Positions 19,322-28,569 are shown, counted from the first letter of the stretch. The stretch: DNA of 32,000 nucleotides from Methanocaldococcus jannaschii DSM 2661 (GCF_000091665.1 NC_000909.1:383581-415580), one strand, 5' to 3'. Made by a program: numbers and translations. The notes: generated by a model from the sequence alone, not told the origin.

Positions 19322-19387
19322 ACAAACGAAACTTTTAGAAAAAGTTTCATCAAAAGGGAATTAGAACTTAGAAAAGGCTTAAAATTA

Positions 19388-19464
19388 TGGTGGGCTCGGG
19401 GAGATTCGAACTCCCGACCACCGCCGTGTCAGGGCGGCATCATAGCCATCTAGACCACGAGCCC
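19388..19464 (-). tRNA. tRNA-Val (anticodon GAC), CCA encoded
   Basis: Reverse complement GGGCTCG TG GTCTAGATGGCTATGATG CCGCC CTGACAC GGCGG TGGTC GGGAG TTCGAAT CTCCC CGAGCCC A CCA; 7-bp acceptor stem, 5-bp anticodon stem, anticodon GAC after T33, T-loop TTCGAAT. Confidence 0.95.
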
Positions 19465-19693
19465 TCAACCACAAGCGAAATTAAAGTATGTGTAACTTAT
19501 ATATAAACTTTTCGGTATAATCGATACTATACCAAATTTAAATATGTACAAAAATTTAAAAAATACTTAAATATGCAAATATTTATTATAATACTATAAG
19601 ATATAAATATAATTGGAGTTAAAAATAATTAAGAAATCCAAAATCTTAAAGGGAAAGTATGTTTAAAGTTTCAAGATAAATTGGGGAGTTACA

Positions 19694-20254
19694 ATGGTGG
19701 GGGAGATTCCAGTTCTGCTTATAATGAAAAAACCAATAGTAGTTAGTGGGGATGTATCAGTATATGATGTTGCAAAATTGATGGTTGAACAAGACGTTCC
19801 CTGTGTTCTTGTAGTATGTGAAAGACCAAATCATGAGAGTATTGAGGTAGCTACAGATAAAGACATAATAAAAAAGGTATTGATTAGAAAATTACCTCCA
19901 GATAAGGTTAAGGTGGAAGATATCTCTTCAGGTAAGTTAGTTACTATTCCACCAAATACAACCATTGATGAAGCTTTAGAAATCATGAACAAATATAAAA
20001 CCAATGAATTATTTATTGTAGATGATGGAAAAATCGTAGGAGTAATAACAGAGGAAGATTTGATAAAAATTGCTCCAGAAATTATTTCTACTTTAAAAGA
20101 ACTTGTAAATTATCTATTGCAGATTATTGATGAGGTTACTAGTGGAGATATTAGTGATAAATCTAAAGAAATACAAAACATTAACCAAGGTAAGGATAAT
20201 AAAAAAGATAGCGAATCTGACATTAGAAAAAAGAAAATAATGTTAATAAAATAG
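19694..20254 (+). CDS. Tandem CBS-domain protein
   Basis: SGDVSVYDVAKLMVEQDVPCVLVV...DIIKKVLI and PNTTIDEALEIMNKYKTNELFIVDDGKIVGVITEEDLI. Confidence 0.88.
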   Translation: MVGEIPVLLIMKKPIVVSGDVSVYDVAKLMVEQDVPCVLVVCERPNHESIEVATDKDIIKKVLIRKLPPDKVKVEDISSGKLVTIPPNTTIDEALEIMNKYKTNELFIVDDGKIVGVITEEDLIKIAPEIISTLKELVNYLLQIIDEVTSGDISDKSKEIQNINQGKDNKKDSESDIRKKKIMLIK

Positions 20255-20255
20255 T

Positions 20256-20936
20256 TTGGGTGATGATTTGGTTAAGGTGAAGATTTGTGGAATTACTAAT
20301 GAAGAGGATATAGCATATATCTCAAAAAAAGTCCATGCAGTTGGAGTTATAGTAGATGTTCCAGTAAAGACACCAAGAAAGATATCATTAGATAAAGCCA
20401 TTGAGTTAAAAAAATATGTTGCTCCATTCACATCCTTAGTTACTGTATTGATGCCAAATAGCATAGAGGAAGTTTTAGAGATTTACAATGCCTTAAAACC
20501 TAATGCCATACAACTACATGGATTTGAGAGCTTAGATTTTGTTAAAGAGTTAAATAAACTTAAAAATACAGGGGAATTGAACGCTCATATAATTAAAGTT
20601 ATCCACATTCCTAAAGATGAAGAAATTGATTTTAAAACTCTGCTAAACACTGCTAAAGAGTATGAAAAATATGTAGAGGCAATTTTGGTAGATACAAAGA
20701 TAGAGAGCATAAAACTTGAAGGAAAAACACACAATTGGGCAGTATCTAAGAAGTTGAGAGAGTCTTTAGAAAAACCACTAATCTTAGCTGGTGGTTTAAA
20801 TAAAGATAATGTCTTAGAGGCCATAAAAACAGTTAAACCTTACGCTATAGATGTATCTTCTTCATTGGAAGCTTACGGTGGAAAGAAAGATTTAAAAAAG
20901 GTAGATGAGTTTTTAGAGGTTATTAAAAAAGTTTAA
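20256..20936 (+). CDS. trpF: Phosphoribosylanthranilate isomerase; start codon uncertain (TTG or downstream TTG/GTG)
   Basis: VKVKICGITNEEDI, LHGFESLDFV, LAGGLNKDNVLEAI, YAIDVSSSLEAYGGKKD. Confidence 0.92.
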   Translation: MGDDLVKVKICGITNEEDIAYISKKVHAVGVIVDVPVKTPRKISLDKAIELKKYVAPFTSLVTVLMPNSIEEVLEIYNALKPNAIQLHGFESLDFVKELNKLKNTGELNAHIIKVIHIPKDEEIDFKTLLNTAKEYEKYVEAILVDTKIESIKLEGKTHNWAVSKKLRESLEKPLILAGGLNKDNVLEAIKTVKPYAIDVSSSLEAYGGKKDLKKVDEFLEVIKKV

Positions 20937-21379
20937 AGATTTGCTAAAATCTCCTTTATTCTATTTACAATTGGCATTGGGTTATGGAAGGCTCTTGCAG
21001 TATAAACCCCTATATTGCTGTTTTTTAATGTCTCAACGTAATCTTTATTTATCTGCCTTCCAAAGACAATTGCATAGGTAGGTTTGTTGTATTTAGCTTT
21101 GTAAGTTACAGTATAACTAACTCCTCCGTCGTTATGGACAAAACTTATAATTTTATTAATACCTTCAATGCCTCTAAGCCCTCCGTCTATATCAACAGCT
21201 CCAACACCTTTTAAATAGTATTTGTCATCATCTGCAACCTCTAAAAGCTTTAAAGCTGCTGGATTTGCAGCTATAATGACATTAAATCCTTTTTTCTTTA
21301 GCTGATTTGTTAGATATAAAACAGAAGGGATTAAAGCTGGAGGTTCTGGACATCCAACTATAACTAAGACACTCATCAT
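20933..21379 (-). CDS. DUF1890-family protein (methanogen-conserved)
   Basis: 148 aa; SVLVIVGCPEPPALIPSVLYLTNQLKKKGFNVIIAANPAALKLLEVAD; family assignment from recall. Confidence 0.65.
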   Translation of the reverse strand: MMSVLVIVGCPEPPALIPSVLYLTNQLKKKGFNVIIAANPAALKLLEVADDDKYYLKGVGAVDIDGGLRGIEGINKIISFVHNDGGVSYTVTYKAKYNKPTYAIVFGRQINKDYVETLKNSNIGVYTARAFHNPMPIVNRIKEILANL

Positions 21380-21380
21380 T

Positions 21381-21704
21381 TCACCAGAACTTTAATCTTG
21401 ATAATAAACCTTTTTTGCCTTTATCTTTCTCTTTTTTCTCCTCTTTCTTATCTTTATTTATTTCATCAAGATTTATTTTTAAAACAAACGTTCCATAGCA
21501 TGGTTTTGTGTAAGGGAATATCACATAATTATCTTCGTAGGCAACTGGAATTGGAGGGATTCCAATTAAAAAAATTCCTTCAAATATCTCATATCCAGCT
21601 TCCATCTCTTTGATATTTTTGAAATTTTTCCTTATATATTCTGCACACTCCTTAAAGCCTCCTTTATACAAAATTTCATAGTTTAGCTTATCAATACATC
21701 CCAT
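21381..21704 (-). CDS. DUF1894-family protein (methanogen-conserved), paired with DUF1890
   Basis: 107 aa; CIDKLNYEILYKGGFKECAEYIRKNFKNI...GIFLIGIPPIPVAYE; adjacent, 1 bp gap to the DUF1890 ORF. Confidence 0.62.
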   Translation of the reverse strand: MGCIDKLNYEILYKGGFKECAEYIRKNFKNIKEMEAGYEIFEGIFLIGIPPIPVAYEDNYVIFPYTKPCYGTFVLKINLDEINKDKKEEKKEKDKGKKGLLSRLKFW

Positions 21705-21709
21705 AGTCT

Positions 21710-22699
21710 CTACCTAAAGAGCTTTAAAATCTCATCCCTATTTGGCTTTACAATGCCCTTTTCAGTTATAATTGCAGTTATCAAATCTGGAGGAGTTTTA
21801 TCAAAGGCATAATTATAACAACCAACTCCTTCTGGGACTATTCTAACCCCATCTATATATGCCACTTCCTTCTCATCTCTCTCCTCTATAATAACATCCT
21901 CCTCACTACTTCTTAAATCAAACGTTGATAATGGTGCAGCAACATAGAATGGAATTCTATGATATTTAGCTAAAACTGCCAAGCTGTAAGTTCCAATTTT
22001 GTTATAGACAGTTCCATCTGCTAAAATTCTATCAGCTCCAACTATAATCTTATCAATCTCTCCCTTCTGCATTAAAAACCCTGCTGTATTGTCAGTTATA
22101 ACCTTAACTGGAATTCCTTCATAATTTAACTCAAAGGCAGTTAATTTAGCCCCTTGCAATCTTGGTCTTGTCTCATCTGCTATAACTCTAATCTTTTTGC
22201 CGTTGTAGAAGGCAAATCTAATAACGCTTAAAGCAGTTCCATAAGCAGATGTTGCTAAAGCTCCAGCATTGCAGTGAGTTAAGATTGTATCTCCATCCTC
22301 AATAAGTTTTTCTCCAATCATTCCAATTTTTTTACATGTCTCTATATCCTCTTCATGTATTTTTTTAGCCTCATCTAAGATTGATTTTCCTTCTTTGTAA
22401 GCAGTTAAACATCTATCCAATGCCCAAAATAAATTAACAGCTGTTGGCCTTGTATTTTTTAATACTTCATAAGCTTTATAGATATCATCTCCATTAATTT
22501 CAGCTAAAGCTAAGCCGTAAGCGGCAGAGACTCCAATAGCTGGAGCTCCTCTAACAACCATGTCTTTTATTGCATAGGCAACATCCTCATAAGTTTTGCA
22601 GATAAAATACTCCAATTTGTTTGGAAGCTTCCTTTGGTCTATCAAAATTAGCTCTTTCTTATCATCATCCCATATTATCGGTCTTAAATCTTTTGTCAT
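21710..22699 (-). CDS. mtnA: S-methyl-5-thioribose-1-phosphate isomerase-like (aIF2B-alpha/MtnA family)
   Basis: GAPAIGVSAAYG, ILTHCNAGALAT, DNTAGFLMQKGEIDKIIVGADRILADGTVYNKIGTY, PLSTFD. Confidence 0.9.
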   Translation of the reverse strand: MTKDLRPIIWDDDKKELILIDQRKLPNKLEYFICKTYEDVAYAIKDMVVRGAPAIGVSAAYGLALAEINGDDIYKAYEVLKNTRPTAVNLFWALDRCLTAYKEGKSILDEAKKIHEEDIETCKKIGMIGEKLIEDGDTILTHCNAGALATSAYGTALSVIRFAFYNGKKIRVIADETRPRLQGAKLTAFELNYEGIPVKVITDNTAGFLMQKGEIDKIIVGADRILADGTVYNKIGTYSLAVLAKYHRIPFYVAAPLSTFDLRSSEEDVIIEERDEKEVAYIDGVRIVPEGVGCYNYAFDKTPPDLITAIITEKGIVKPNRDEILKLFR

Positions 22700-23280
22700 T
22701 ATTTTCCCTCTAATAGTTTTTTAAGATAGTATTTGGTATAAATTGCTCCAGCTGTGTTGTGAGATAAAACTCTATCCTTAACAATAAACGTAGTTGTTGG
22801 AGCTTTTGAATACTTTTGGAATAAGATATCATGCCCAATACATAATCCAACAATAATATTTAAATCGGTTCCAATCTCATTTAAAATTTCCGCTTGTCCT
22901 ATTGGATTGCACATAGCCTCTTTTTCTCCTTTGTTGATTTTTTTAAATTTAAAAACATCTTTATCAATCCCACAAACCTTACAGCAAACTGAATATACTT
23001 CAAAATGCTTAGATAAAATTTTAGCTAATATTTTTGCCTCATTTTCTAAGCCAATACAGAATGCTATACCAATTTTTTTATATTCCATAAGTTTGCAGAA
23101 CTCTATTATCTCTTCCAACCTTGTTTTTTTCATATAATAGGTTGCTTCAATGTAGGCTGAGACCTCAGCTATCTTTAAATTTTCTTCTTTTTTATATTCT
23201 TCTATTATTTTTTGTGTTATATCCTTTTTGCAGTCCTTTCCAGTATAGCAAAGTTTTTTATTGCATTGGGAGCATTTCAT
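22699..23280 (-). CDS. DUF1847-family cysteine-rich metal-binding protein
   Basis: MKCSQCNKKLCYTGKDCKKD; GIAFCIGLENEAKIL; VCCKVCGIDK; GLCIGHDILF; DRVLSHNTAGAIY. Confidence 0.78.
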   Translation of the reverse strand: MKCSQCNKKLCYTGKDCKKDITQKIIEEYKKEENLKIAEVSAYIEATYYMKKTRLEEIIEFCKLMEYKKIGIAFCIGLENEAKILAKILSKHFEVYSVCCKVCGIDKDVFKFKKINKGEKEAMCNPIGQAEILNEIGTDLNIIVGLCIGHDILFQKYSKAPTTTFIVKDRVLSHNTAGAIYTKYYLKKLLEGK

Positions 23281-23304
23281 AATTAACCACCATAGAGGGA
23301 AAGT

Positions 23305-24363
23305 ATGAAGATTGATACATTTATATTTTTGATGTTTATTAGCATTGGGATTTTGCTTTTGCTATTGAATATAATAAATCCAATGGAGGTATTTCATATT
23401 GTTGAATGGAAAACAATATTTTCCTTGTTTTATTTAATGGTTATCATAAACATTATGAGAGATACAAAGTTTTTAGACTATATTTCTTTAAAAATCTTAA
23501 AGAAATCTAAGAGGATTTTTATTGCTTTGATATTCTTAACTCTGTTTTTATCTTCTTTAATAACAAATGATGTCTCTTTATTTGTCATCATCCCTTTAAC
23601 TCTAATAATTCACAGATACACAAATATGCCTTTTAAGGATTTAGAAAAGCTCATTATCTTTGAGGGTGTCTCTGCAAATATTGGAAGTGGCTTAACCCCT
23701 ATAGGAAATCCTCAAAATCTATTTTTATTTCATTTCTATAATATTGGAACTTTAGAGTTTATAATTAATATGATTCCCTTTGAAATTTTTGGAATTTTGG
23801 CTATTTTACCATTCTTAGAATTTAAAAAGTATGATACTAAGATAAATATTGACATTAAGTTTAAAAAAGAGTGGATTTTTTATATATTATCTTTTATTTT
23901 GGTTTTGTTATGTGTTTTTGGATATTTGAATTTTATATATATTCTTCCTTTAATACTGGCAATTTTAATGTATAAGAGGGTTAAAGTGGATTATCTGTTT
24001 TTACTAACTTTCATCTTCCTATTTGTTGATATTGAGGGACTAAAGAGGATTGGAATTATTAATATATTTTCAATAAAATGTGGTAATGTTATGTTAATGA
24101 TTTATGCCTCCTTACTATCTCAAATAATCTCAAACGTGCCCGCTACAGTGTTGCTATCTCATTTATACAAAAACTGGCTACCAATAGCTTATGGTGTAAA
24201 TATCGGAGGTAACGGAACTTTAATTGCTTCTTTTGCCAATTTAATAACTTTAAGATTATCCAACGGAAATGTGAGAGTGGGAAGGTTTTTATTAATTGGA
24301 GGAATAATTTATATAATGCACTTGATTGTATTGGTAGCTTATGCTAAAATATTTTGGGTTTAG
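23305..24363 (+). CDS. ArsB/CitT (ion transporter superfamily) anion permease
   Basis: FLSSLITNDVSLFVIIPLTLII, NIGSGLTPIGNPQNLFLF, SNVPATVLLSHLY, GGNGTLIASFANLI. Confidence 0.87.
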   Translation: MKIDTFIFLMFISIGILLLLLNIINPMEVFHIVEWKTIFSLFYLMVIINIMRDTKFLDYISLKILKKSKRIFIALIFLTLFLSSLITNDVSLFVIIPLTLIIHRYTNMPFKDLEKLIIFEGVSANIGSGLTPIGNPQNLFLFHFYNIGTLEFIINMIPFEIFGILAILPFLEFKKYDTKINIDIKFKKEWIFYILSFILVLLCVFGYLNFIYILPLILAILMYKRVKVDYLFLLTFIFLFVDIEGLKRIGIINIFSIKCGNVMLMIYASLLSQIISNVPATVLLSHLYKNWLPIAYGVNIGGNGTLIASFANLITLRLSNGNVRVGRFLLIGGIIYIMHLIVLVAYAKIFWV

Positions 24364-24372
24364 AGGGAGATT

Positions 24373-25605
24373 ATGGATTTAATAGAAGAAGCTATAAAGT
24401 TAGAGAGTGATTTAATAAGAATAAATTCAGTAAATCCTTCATTTGGTGGAAAAGGAGAAAAAGAAAAGGCAGAATACGTCAAGAAAAAGTTAATGGAATA
24501 CGTTGAAAGCTACAATATAGAAAATTACACTTTAAAGGAATATAACATCATAGATAAATATGGTATTGAGAGGCCAAATATTGTATTTAAAATAGATTTT
24601 GGAAGAGATAAGACATTACATATTATTTCTCATTTAGATACTGTTCCAGAGGGGGATATTAGTTTATGGGGCACAAATCCTTATGAGCCAGTTATTAAAG
24701 ATGGAAAAATTTATGGAAGGGGAAGTGAGGACAACCATAAGGGGATTGTTTCCTCTCTATTATTATTAAAAATGATTTTTGAAAATAATATTGAGCCAAA
24801 ATACAACTTATCATTAATTTTTGTCTCTGATGAAGAAGATGGAAGTGAATATGGCTTAAAATATCTATTGAATAACTTTGAAGATGAGATATTTAAAAAG
24901 GATGATTTAATCATAGTTCCTGACTTTGGAACACCAACTGGAGAATTTGTAGAGATTGGAGAGAAGGGAATTCTGTGGATAAAATTTAACATTAAAGGAA
25001 AGCAATGTCATGGTAGCACACCAGAAAATGGGTTGAATGCTGATATAGTGGCTTTTAACTTTGCAAATGAGTTATATAATGGTTTATATGAGAAATTTGA
25101 TGAAATTAATTCAATATTCCTCCCAGAGTATTCAACCTTTGAACCAACGATATTAAAAAATAAAGTTGAAAATCCAAACACCATTCCTGGATATGTAGAG
25201 GTTGTTTTTGATTGTAGAATTTTGCCAACTTACAAAATAGAGGAAGTTTTGGAGTTTATAAATAAGTTTATCAAAAACTTTGAGTTTAAAAAATATATTA
25301 AGCATTATGATAACTCAATAAAGGCAGAGATAACTTATGAAATATTAAAATCTGAAAATCCAAATTACACAGATGAAAACGCTGAAATTATCAAAGAATT
25401 GAAAAAAGCTATAAAGAATGTTTTGAATAGAGATGCTAAGCTTTGCGGAATGGGTGGGGGAACTGTTGCGGCATTTTTGAGATATAAGGGCTATAATGTA
25501 GCAGTTTGGGGCATTGGAGAAGAGACTGCCCACCAACCAAATGAGCATATTAAAATAGAGGATTTGGTTAAGATGGCTGAAGTGTTTTATGAAATTTTGA
25601 AATAG
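24373..25605 (+). CDS. M20-family metallopeptidase (ArgE/DapE-like)
   Basis: LHIISHLDTVPEGD, YGRGSEDNHKG, FVSDEEDGSEYG, HGSTPENGLNAD, CGMGGGTVAAFLR. Confidence 0.9.
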   Translation: MDLIEEAIKLESDLIRINSVNPSFGGKGEKEKAEYVKKKLMEYVESYNIENYTLKEYNIIDKYGIERPNIVFKIDFGRDKTLHIISHLDTVPEGDISLWGTNPYEPVIKDGKIYGRGSEDNHKGIVSSLLLLKMIFENNIEPKYNLSLIFVSDEEDGSEYGLKYLLNNFEDEIFKKDDLIIVPDFGTPTGEFVEIGEKGILWIKFNIKGKQCHGSTPENGLNADIVAFNFANELYNGLYEKFDEINSIFLPEYSTFEPTILKNKVENPNTIPGYVEVVFDCRILPTYKIEEVLEFINKFIKNFEFKKYIKHYDNSIKAEITYEILKSENPNYTDENAEIIKELKKAIKNVLNRDAKLCGMGGGTVAAFLRYKGYNVAVWGIGEETAHQPNEHIKIEDLVKMAEVFYEILK

Positions 25606-25612
25606 TGAGAAC

Positions 25613-26263
25613 ATGCATATAGTAAAAATTGGTGGTTCTCTAACTTATGATGCAAAACCATTATTAAAAGCATTAAAAAATTATGCAAAAGAAAATAATA
25701 AGAAGATAGTTATTATTCCTGGAGGAGGAGAATTTGCAAATGTTGTTAGAAAGATAGATAAAGCTCTAAATATCTCAAACTCACTATCTCACAAACTTGC
25801 CATAAAATGTATGGATTTAATTGGAGAGGTTTATGCTGAAATTGGATATATAAAAGCTTATGATACATTATTTGATTTAAAGAGAGAGATAGAAAAGGAA
25901 AAGATAGCTATATTATTACCTTCAAAAATTTTGCTATCAACAGATATTGCCGAGCATTCTTGGGCTATAACATCAGATTCATTAAGTTTATATATAGGAA
26001 AGTTATTAGATGTTAGGGAAGTTATAATAGCAACTGATGTTGATGGCATATATGACAAATTCCCAGGAGGGAAACTATTAAATATTATTAATGCAAATGA
26101 CATTAAAGGTTTAACATCTGTAGATGAGACCTTTCCAATTCTTTTAAAACAATTTAAAATGAACGCTTACGTTGTTAATGGCAGACATCCAGAAAGAGTT
26201 ATGGATATTTTAGAAGGAAAACACAATATATATACAAAAATCGTTGGAATAGATAAAATATAA
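25613..26263 (+). CDS. mfnE: Amino acid kinase-family protein, methanofuran biosynthesis kinase MfnE-like
   Basis: MHIVKIGGSLT, VIIPGGGEFANVVR, ITSDSLSLYIGKLL, VIIATDVDGIYDK; specific role by recall of the M. jannaschii orthologue. Confidence 0.8.
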   Translation: MHIVKIGGSLTYDAKPLLKALKNYAKENNKKIVIIPGGGEFANVVRKIDKALNISNSLSHKLAIKCMDLIGEVYAEIGYIKAYDTLFDLKREIEKEKIAILLPSKILLSTDIAEHSWAITSDSLSLYIGKLLDVREVIIATDVDGIYDKFPGGKLLNIINANDIKGLTSVDETFPILLKQFKMNAYVVNGRHPERVMDILEGKHNIYTKIVGIDKI

Positions 26264-26321
26264 ACATGATACAAACTTAAGAGACGTTATCATTAAATAA
26301 AAAATTTATTAGGTGGGAGAG

Positions 26322-26486
26322 ATGAAATATGTGTGCATAAGCTGTAATGCTGAGATTGCTCCAAGAGAGAAATCAACAAAATTCCCATGTCCAAACTGTG
26401 GAGAAGTAGAGATTGTAAGATGTGAGAGATGCAGAAAGTTAAATAACCCATACAAATGTCCAAAATGCGGGTTTGAAGGCCCATAA
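26322..26486 (+). CDS. Small zinc-ribbon protein, 54 aa, not in supplied ORF track
   Basis: Manual translation: [54 protein letters not shown]; four CxxC pairs; preceded by ggtgggagag; directly upstream of aEF1-beta. Confidence 0.88.
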   Translation: MKYVCISCNAEIAPREKSTKFPCPNCGEVEIVRCERCRKLNNPYKCPKCGFEGP

Positions 26487-26504
26487 AAGTTTTGGAGGGA
26501 AAAG

Positions 26505-26774
26505 ATGGCAACAGTATTAGCAAAAATAAAAATTATGCCTACAAGTCCAGAAGTTAATAAAGAGAAGCTAAAAGAAAAGATTAAAGAGGTTTTAGAAAAG
26601 CAAGATGTTGCTATAAGAGGATTATTTGATGAGCCATTAGCTTTTGGTTTATACGCTATATACACCGTTATTGAAATGGAAGAAAGAGAAGGAGGAACAG
26701 AGCCAATAGAAAATGCTTTAGCAGAAATTGATGAGGTTGAGAGTGTTGAAACAGTAGAGGTCTCATTAGCATAA
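26505..26774 (+). CDS. ef1b: Translation elongation factor aEF1-beta
   Basis: 89 aa; MATVLAKIKIMPTSPEVNKEKLKEKIKEVLEK...EEPLAFGLYAI-like, ENALAEIDEVESVETVEVSLA. Confidence 0.93.
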   Translation: MATVLAKIKIMPTSPEVNKEKLKEKIKEVLEKQDVAIRGLFDEPLAFGLYAIYTVIEMEEREGGTEPIENALAEIDEVESVETVEVSLA

Positions 26775-26968
26775 ATTTTAATACTTTTTTGAATATTTGG
26801 ACTGAAAATTGTTTTTGTTTTGTTGTTTCCTATTTATTCGTAAATTATATATAACACTTTAAAAATTTTATATTCTTACATTCTAAAATCTCAACCGTCG
26901 CTGATGATAAATTCATAGTTTAAATAATCATAAACAGAACTGTAATGGATAATTGGAAAATAGAAACT

Positions 26969-27036
26969 CCCAGAATGCTCTACAATTTAAATGTTGATAG
27001 CCTAATTATATTTATGAAACAATATAGCATTCTGGG
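26969..27036. other. 11-bp perfect inverted repeat pair in ef1b-rpl22 intergenic region
   Basis: cccagaatgct (26969-26979) / agcattctggg (27026-27036). Confidence 0.6.
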
Positions 27037-27087
27037 TTGTTATGAGTTAAACAACAATAAAAGTATATAAACTTCTTACAGTAAGAT

Positions 27088-27196
27088 TATAGTGCCTTTC
27101 AAAATTAATAAAATTTATGAAGGAATGTTTGAACGCCCTCCTTTGGAAGGCGTTCATTAGTGCCTTAGTTATTTAAGAAGTTTGAAAGACACTATA
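27088..27196. repeat. Copy 4 (diverged) of the palindromic intergenic element, upstream of rpl22
   Basis: tatagtgcctttcaaa (27088-27103) vs reverse complement of tttgaaagacactata (27181-27196): 15/16; central hairpin tgaacgcc...ggcgttca (27130-27137/27149-27156). Confidence 0.65.
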
Positions 27197-27230
27197 TAGT
27201 TAAATCATTTTAAGCTTAAGGGTGATAATG

Positions 27231-27692
27231 ATGGGTAAATTAAAATATAAGATACAAGTCAATCCTGAAAAAACTGCAAGGGCTATGGGAAGGAACATCC
27301 CAATTTCAAGAAAACATGCAAGAGAGATATGTAAATCAATAAATGGAATGAAGTTAGATGAGGCAATAAAGTTCTTAGAAGATGTTATTGCAATGAGAAG
27401 ACCAGTTCTCTTTAGAAGACACTGCAAGAAAGTAGGGCACAGAAAAGGAAAATTAGGATGGCCTGCTGGTAGATACCCAGTTAAAGCAGCTAAGGCAATC
27501 TTAAAGATATTGCAACACGCTAAAGCAAATGCTGAATACAAAGGTTTAAACACTGAAAAGTTAAGAATAAAACACATCTCAACAAACAAAGGAATAACAA
27601 TCAAAAGATACATGCCAAGAGCATTTGGTAGAGCTACACCTAAGTTCCAAGAAACAGTCCATATACAAGTTATATTAGAAGAATACCACTAA
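27231..27692 (+). CDS. rpl22: 50S ribosomal protein L22
   Basis: MGKLKYKIQVNPEKTARAMGRNIPISRKHAREICKSINGMKLDEA...; start at ATG inside ORF 27222..27692. Confidence 0.96.
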   Translation: MGKLKYKIQVNPEKTARAMGRNIPISRKHAREICKSINGMKLDEAIKFLEDVIAMRRPVLFRRHCKKVGHRKGKLGWPAGRYPVKAAKAILKILQHAKANAEYKGLNTEKLRIKHISTNKGITIKRYMPRAFGRATPKFQETVHIQVILEEYH

Positions 27693-27717
27693 AAATAAGA
27701 TATAAAGGTGGAAATCC

Positions 27718-28344
27718 ATGATAGAAAGAACATTTGTTAAAGAAAATGTTAAGAGATTGTTAATTGATGAGTACTTCAAGAAAGAGTTAAGTAAAGCAGG
27801 ATACAGCCACTGTGATATAAGAAAAACACCTATAGGAACAAAAATCATCATCTACGCTGAAAAACCAGGTTTTGTTATTGGTAGAAGAGGAAGTAGAATT
27901 AGAGAATTGACAGAAACATTAGCTAAAGAATTCGGTGTTGAAAAACCACAAATCGATGTTAAACCAGTAGAAAACCCAGACTTAGACGCTCAAGTTGTTG
28001 CTCAAAAAGTTGCTCAGTCATTAGAGAGAGGGTTACACTTCAGAAGAGTTGGACACACTGCAGTGAGAAGAGTTATGAATGCTGGGGCTAAGGGGGTTAT
28101 AGTCATTATCTCAGGTAAATTAACTGGAGAGAGAGCAAGAACTGAAAAATTCATGGCTGGATATATGAAACACTGTGGAGAACCTGCTGAAGAGCTTGTT
28201 GATAAGGGAAGAGCAATTGCAAAAACAAAGCCAGGGGTCATAGGAGTTACAGTAAAAATCATGAGACCAGATGTCTTATTACCAGATGAAATTATAATTA
28301 AAGAAGATGCAGAAGTTAAACATGTAGTTGAAGAAGAGCAGTAA
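27718..28344 (+). CDS. rps3: 30S ribosomal protein S3
   Basis: KH motif ...[34 protein letters not shown]; [34 protein letters not shown]. Confidence 0.97.
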   Translation: MIERTFVKENVKRLLIDEYFKKELSKAGYSHCDIRKTPIGTKIIIYAEKPGFVIGRRGSRIRELTETLAKEFGVEKPQIDVKPVENPDLDAQVVAQKVAQSLERGLHFRRVGHTAVRRVMNAGAKGVIVIISGKLTGERARTEKFMAGYMKHCGEPAEELVDKGRAIAKTKPGVIGVTVKIMRPDVLLPDEIIIKEDAEVKHVVEEEQ

Positions 28345-28356
28345 AGGTGAGGAAAC

Positions 28357-28569
28357 ATGGCTATATTAAGAGCAGATGAGTTAAGAGGAATGTCAATGGA
28401 AGAATTAAAAGAAAAACTTGTAGAATTAAAAAGGGAATTATTAAAAGAGAGAGCAAGTAAGGCAGTTGCTGGAGCTCCTTCAAATCCAGGTAGAATGAGA
28501 GAAATCAGAAGAACAATAGCAAGAATATTAACAATAATGAATGAAAAGAAAAGAATGACCTCCCAATAA
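28357..28569 (+). CDS. rpl29: 50S ribosomal protein L29
   Basis: [33 protein letters not shown]...[18 protein letters not shown]. Confidence 0.95.
   Translation: MAILRADELRGMSMEELKEKLVELKRELLKERASKAVAGAPSNPGRMREIRRTIARILTIMNEKKRMTSQ

Noticed and set aside
24711-26103. Minus-strand ORFs (93, 89, 81 aa) opposite the M20 peptidase and mfnE
   Set aside because: Fully antisense to well-conserved genes with unremarkable translations.
8398-27196. CRISPR array interpretation of the recurring palindromic sequences
   Set aside because: Copies are dispersed kilobases apart in different intergenic gaps, lack regular spacing and differ in sequence; no cas genes nearby.
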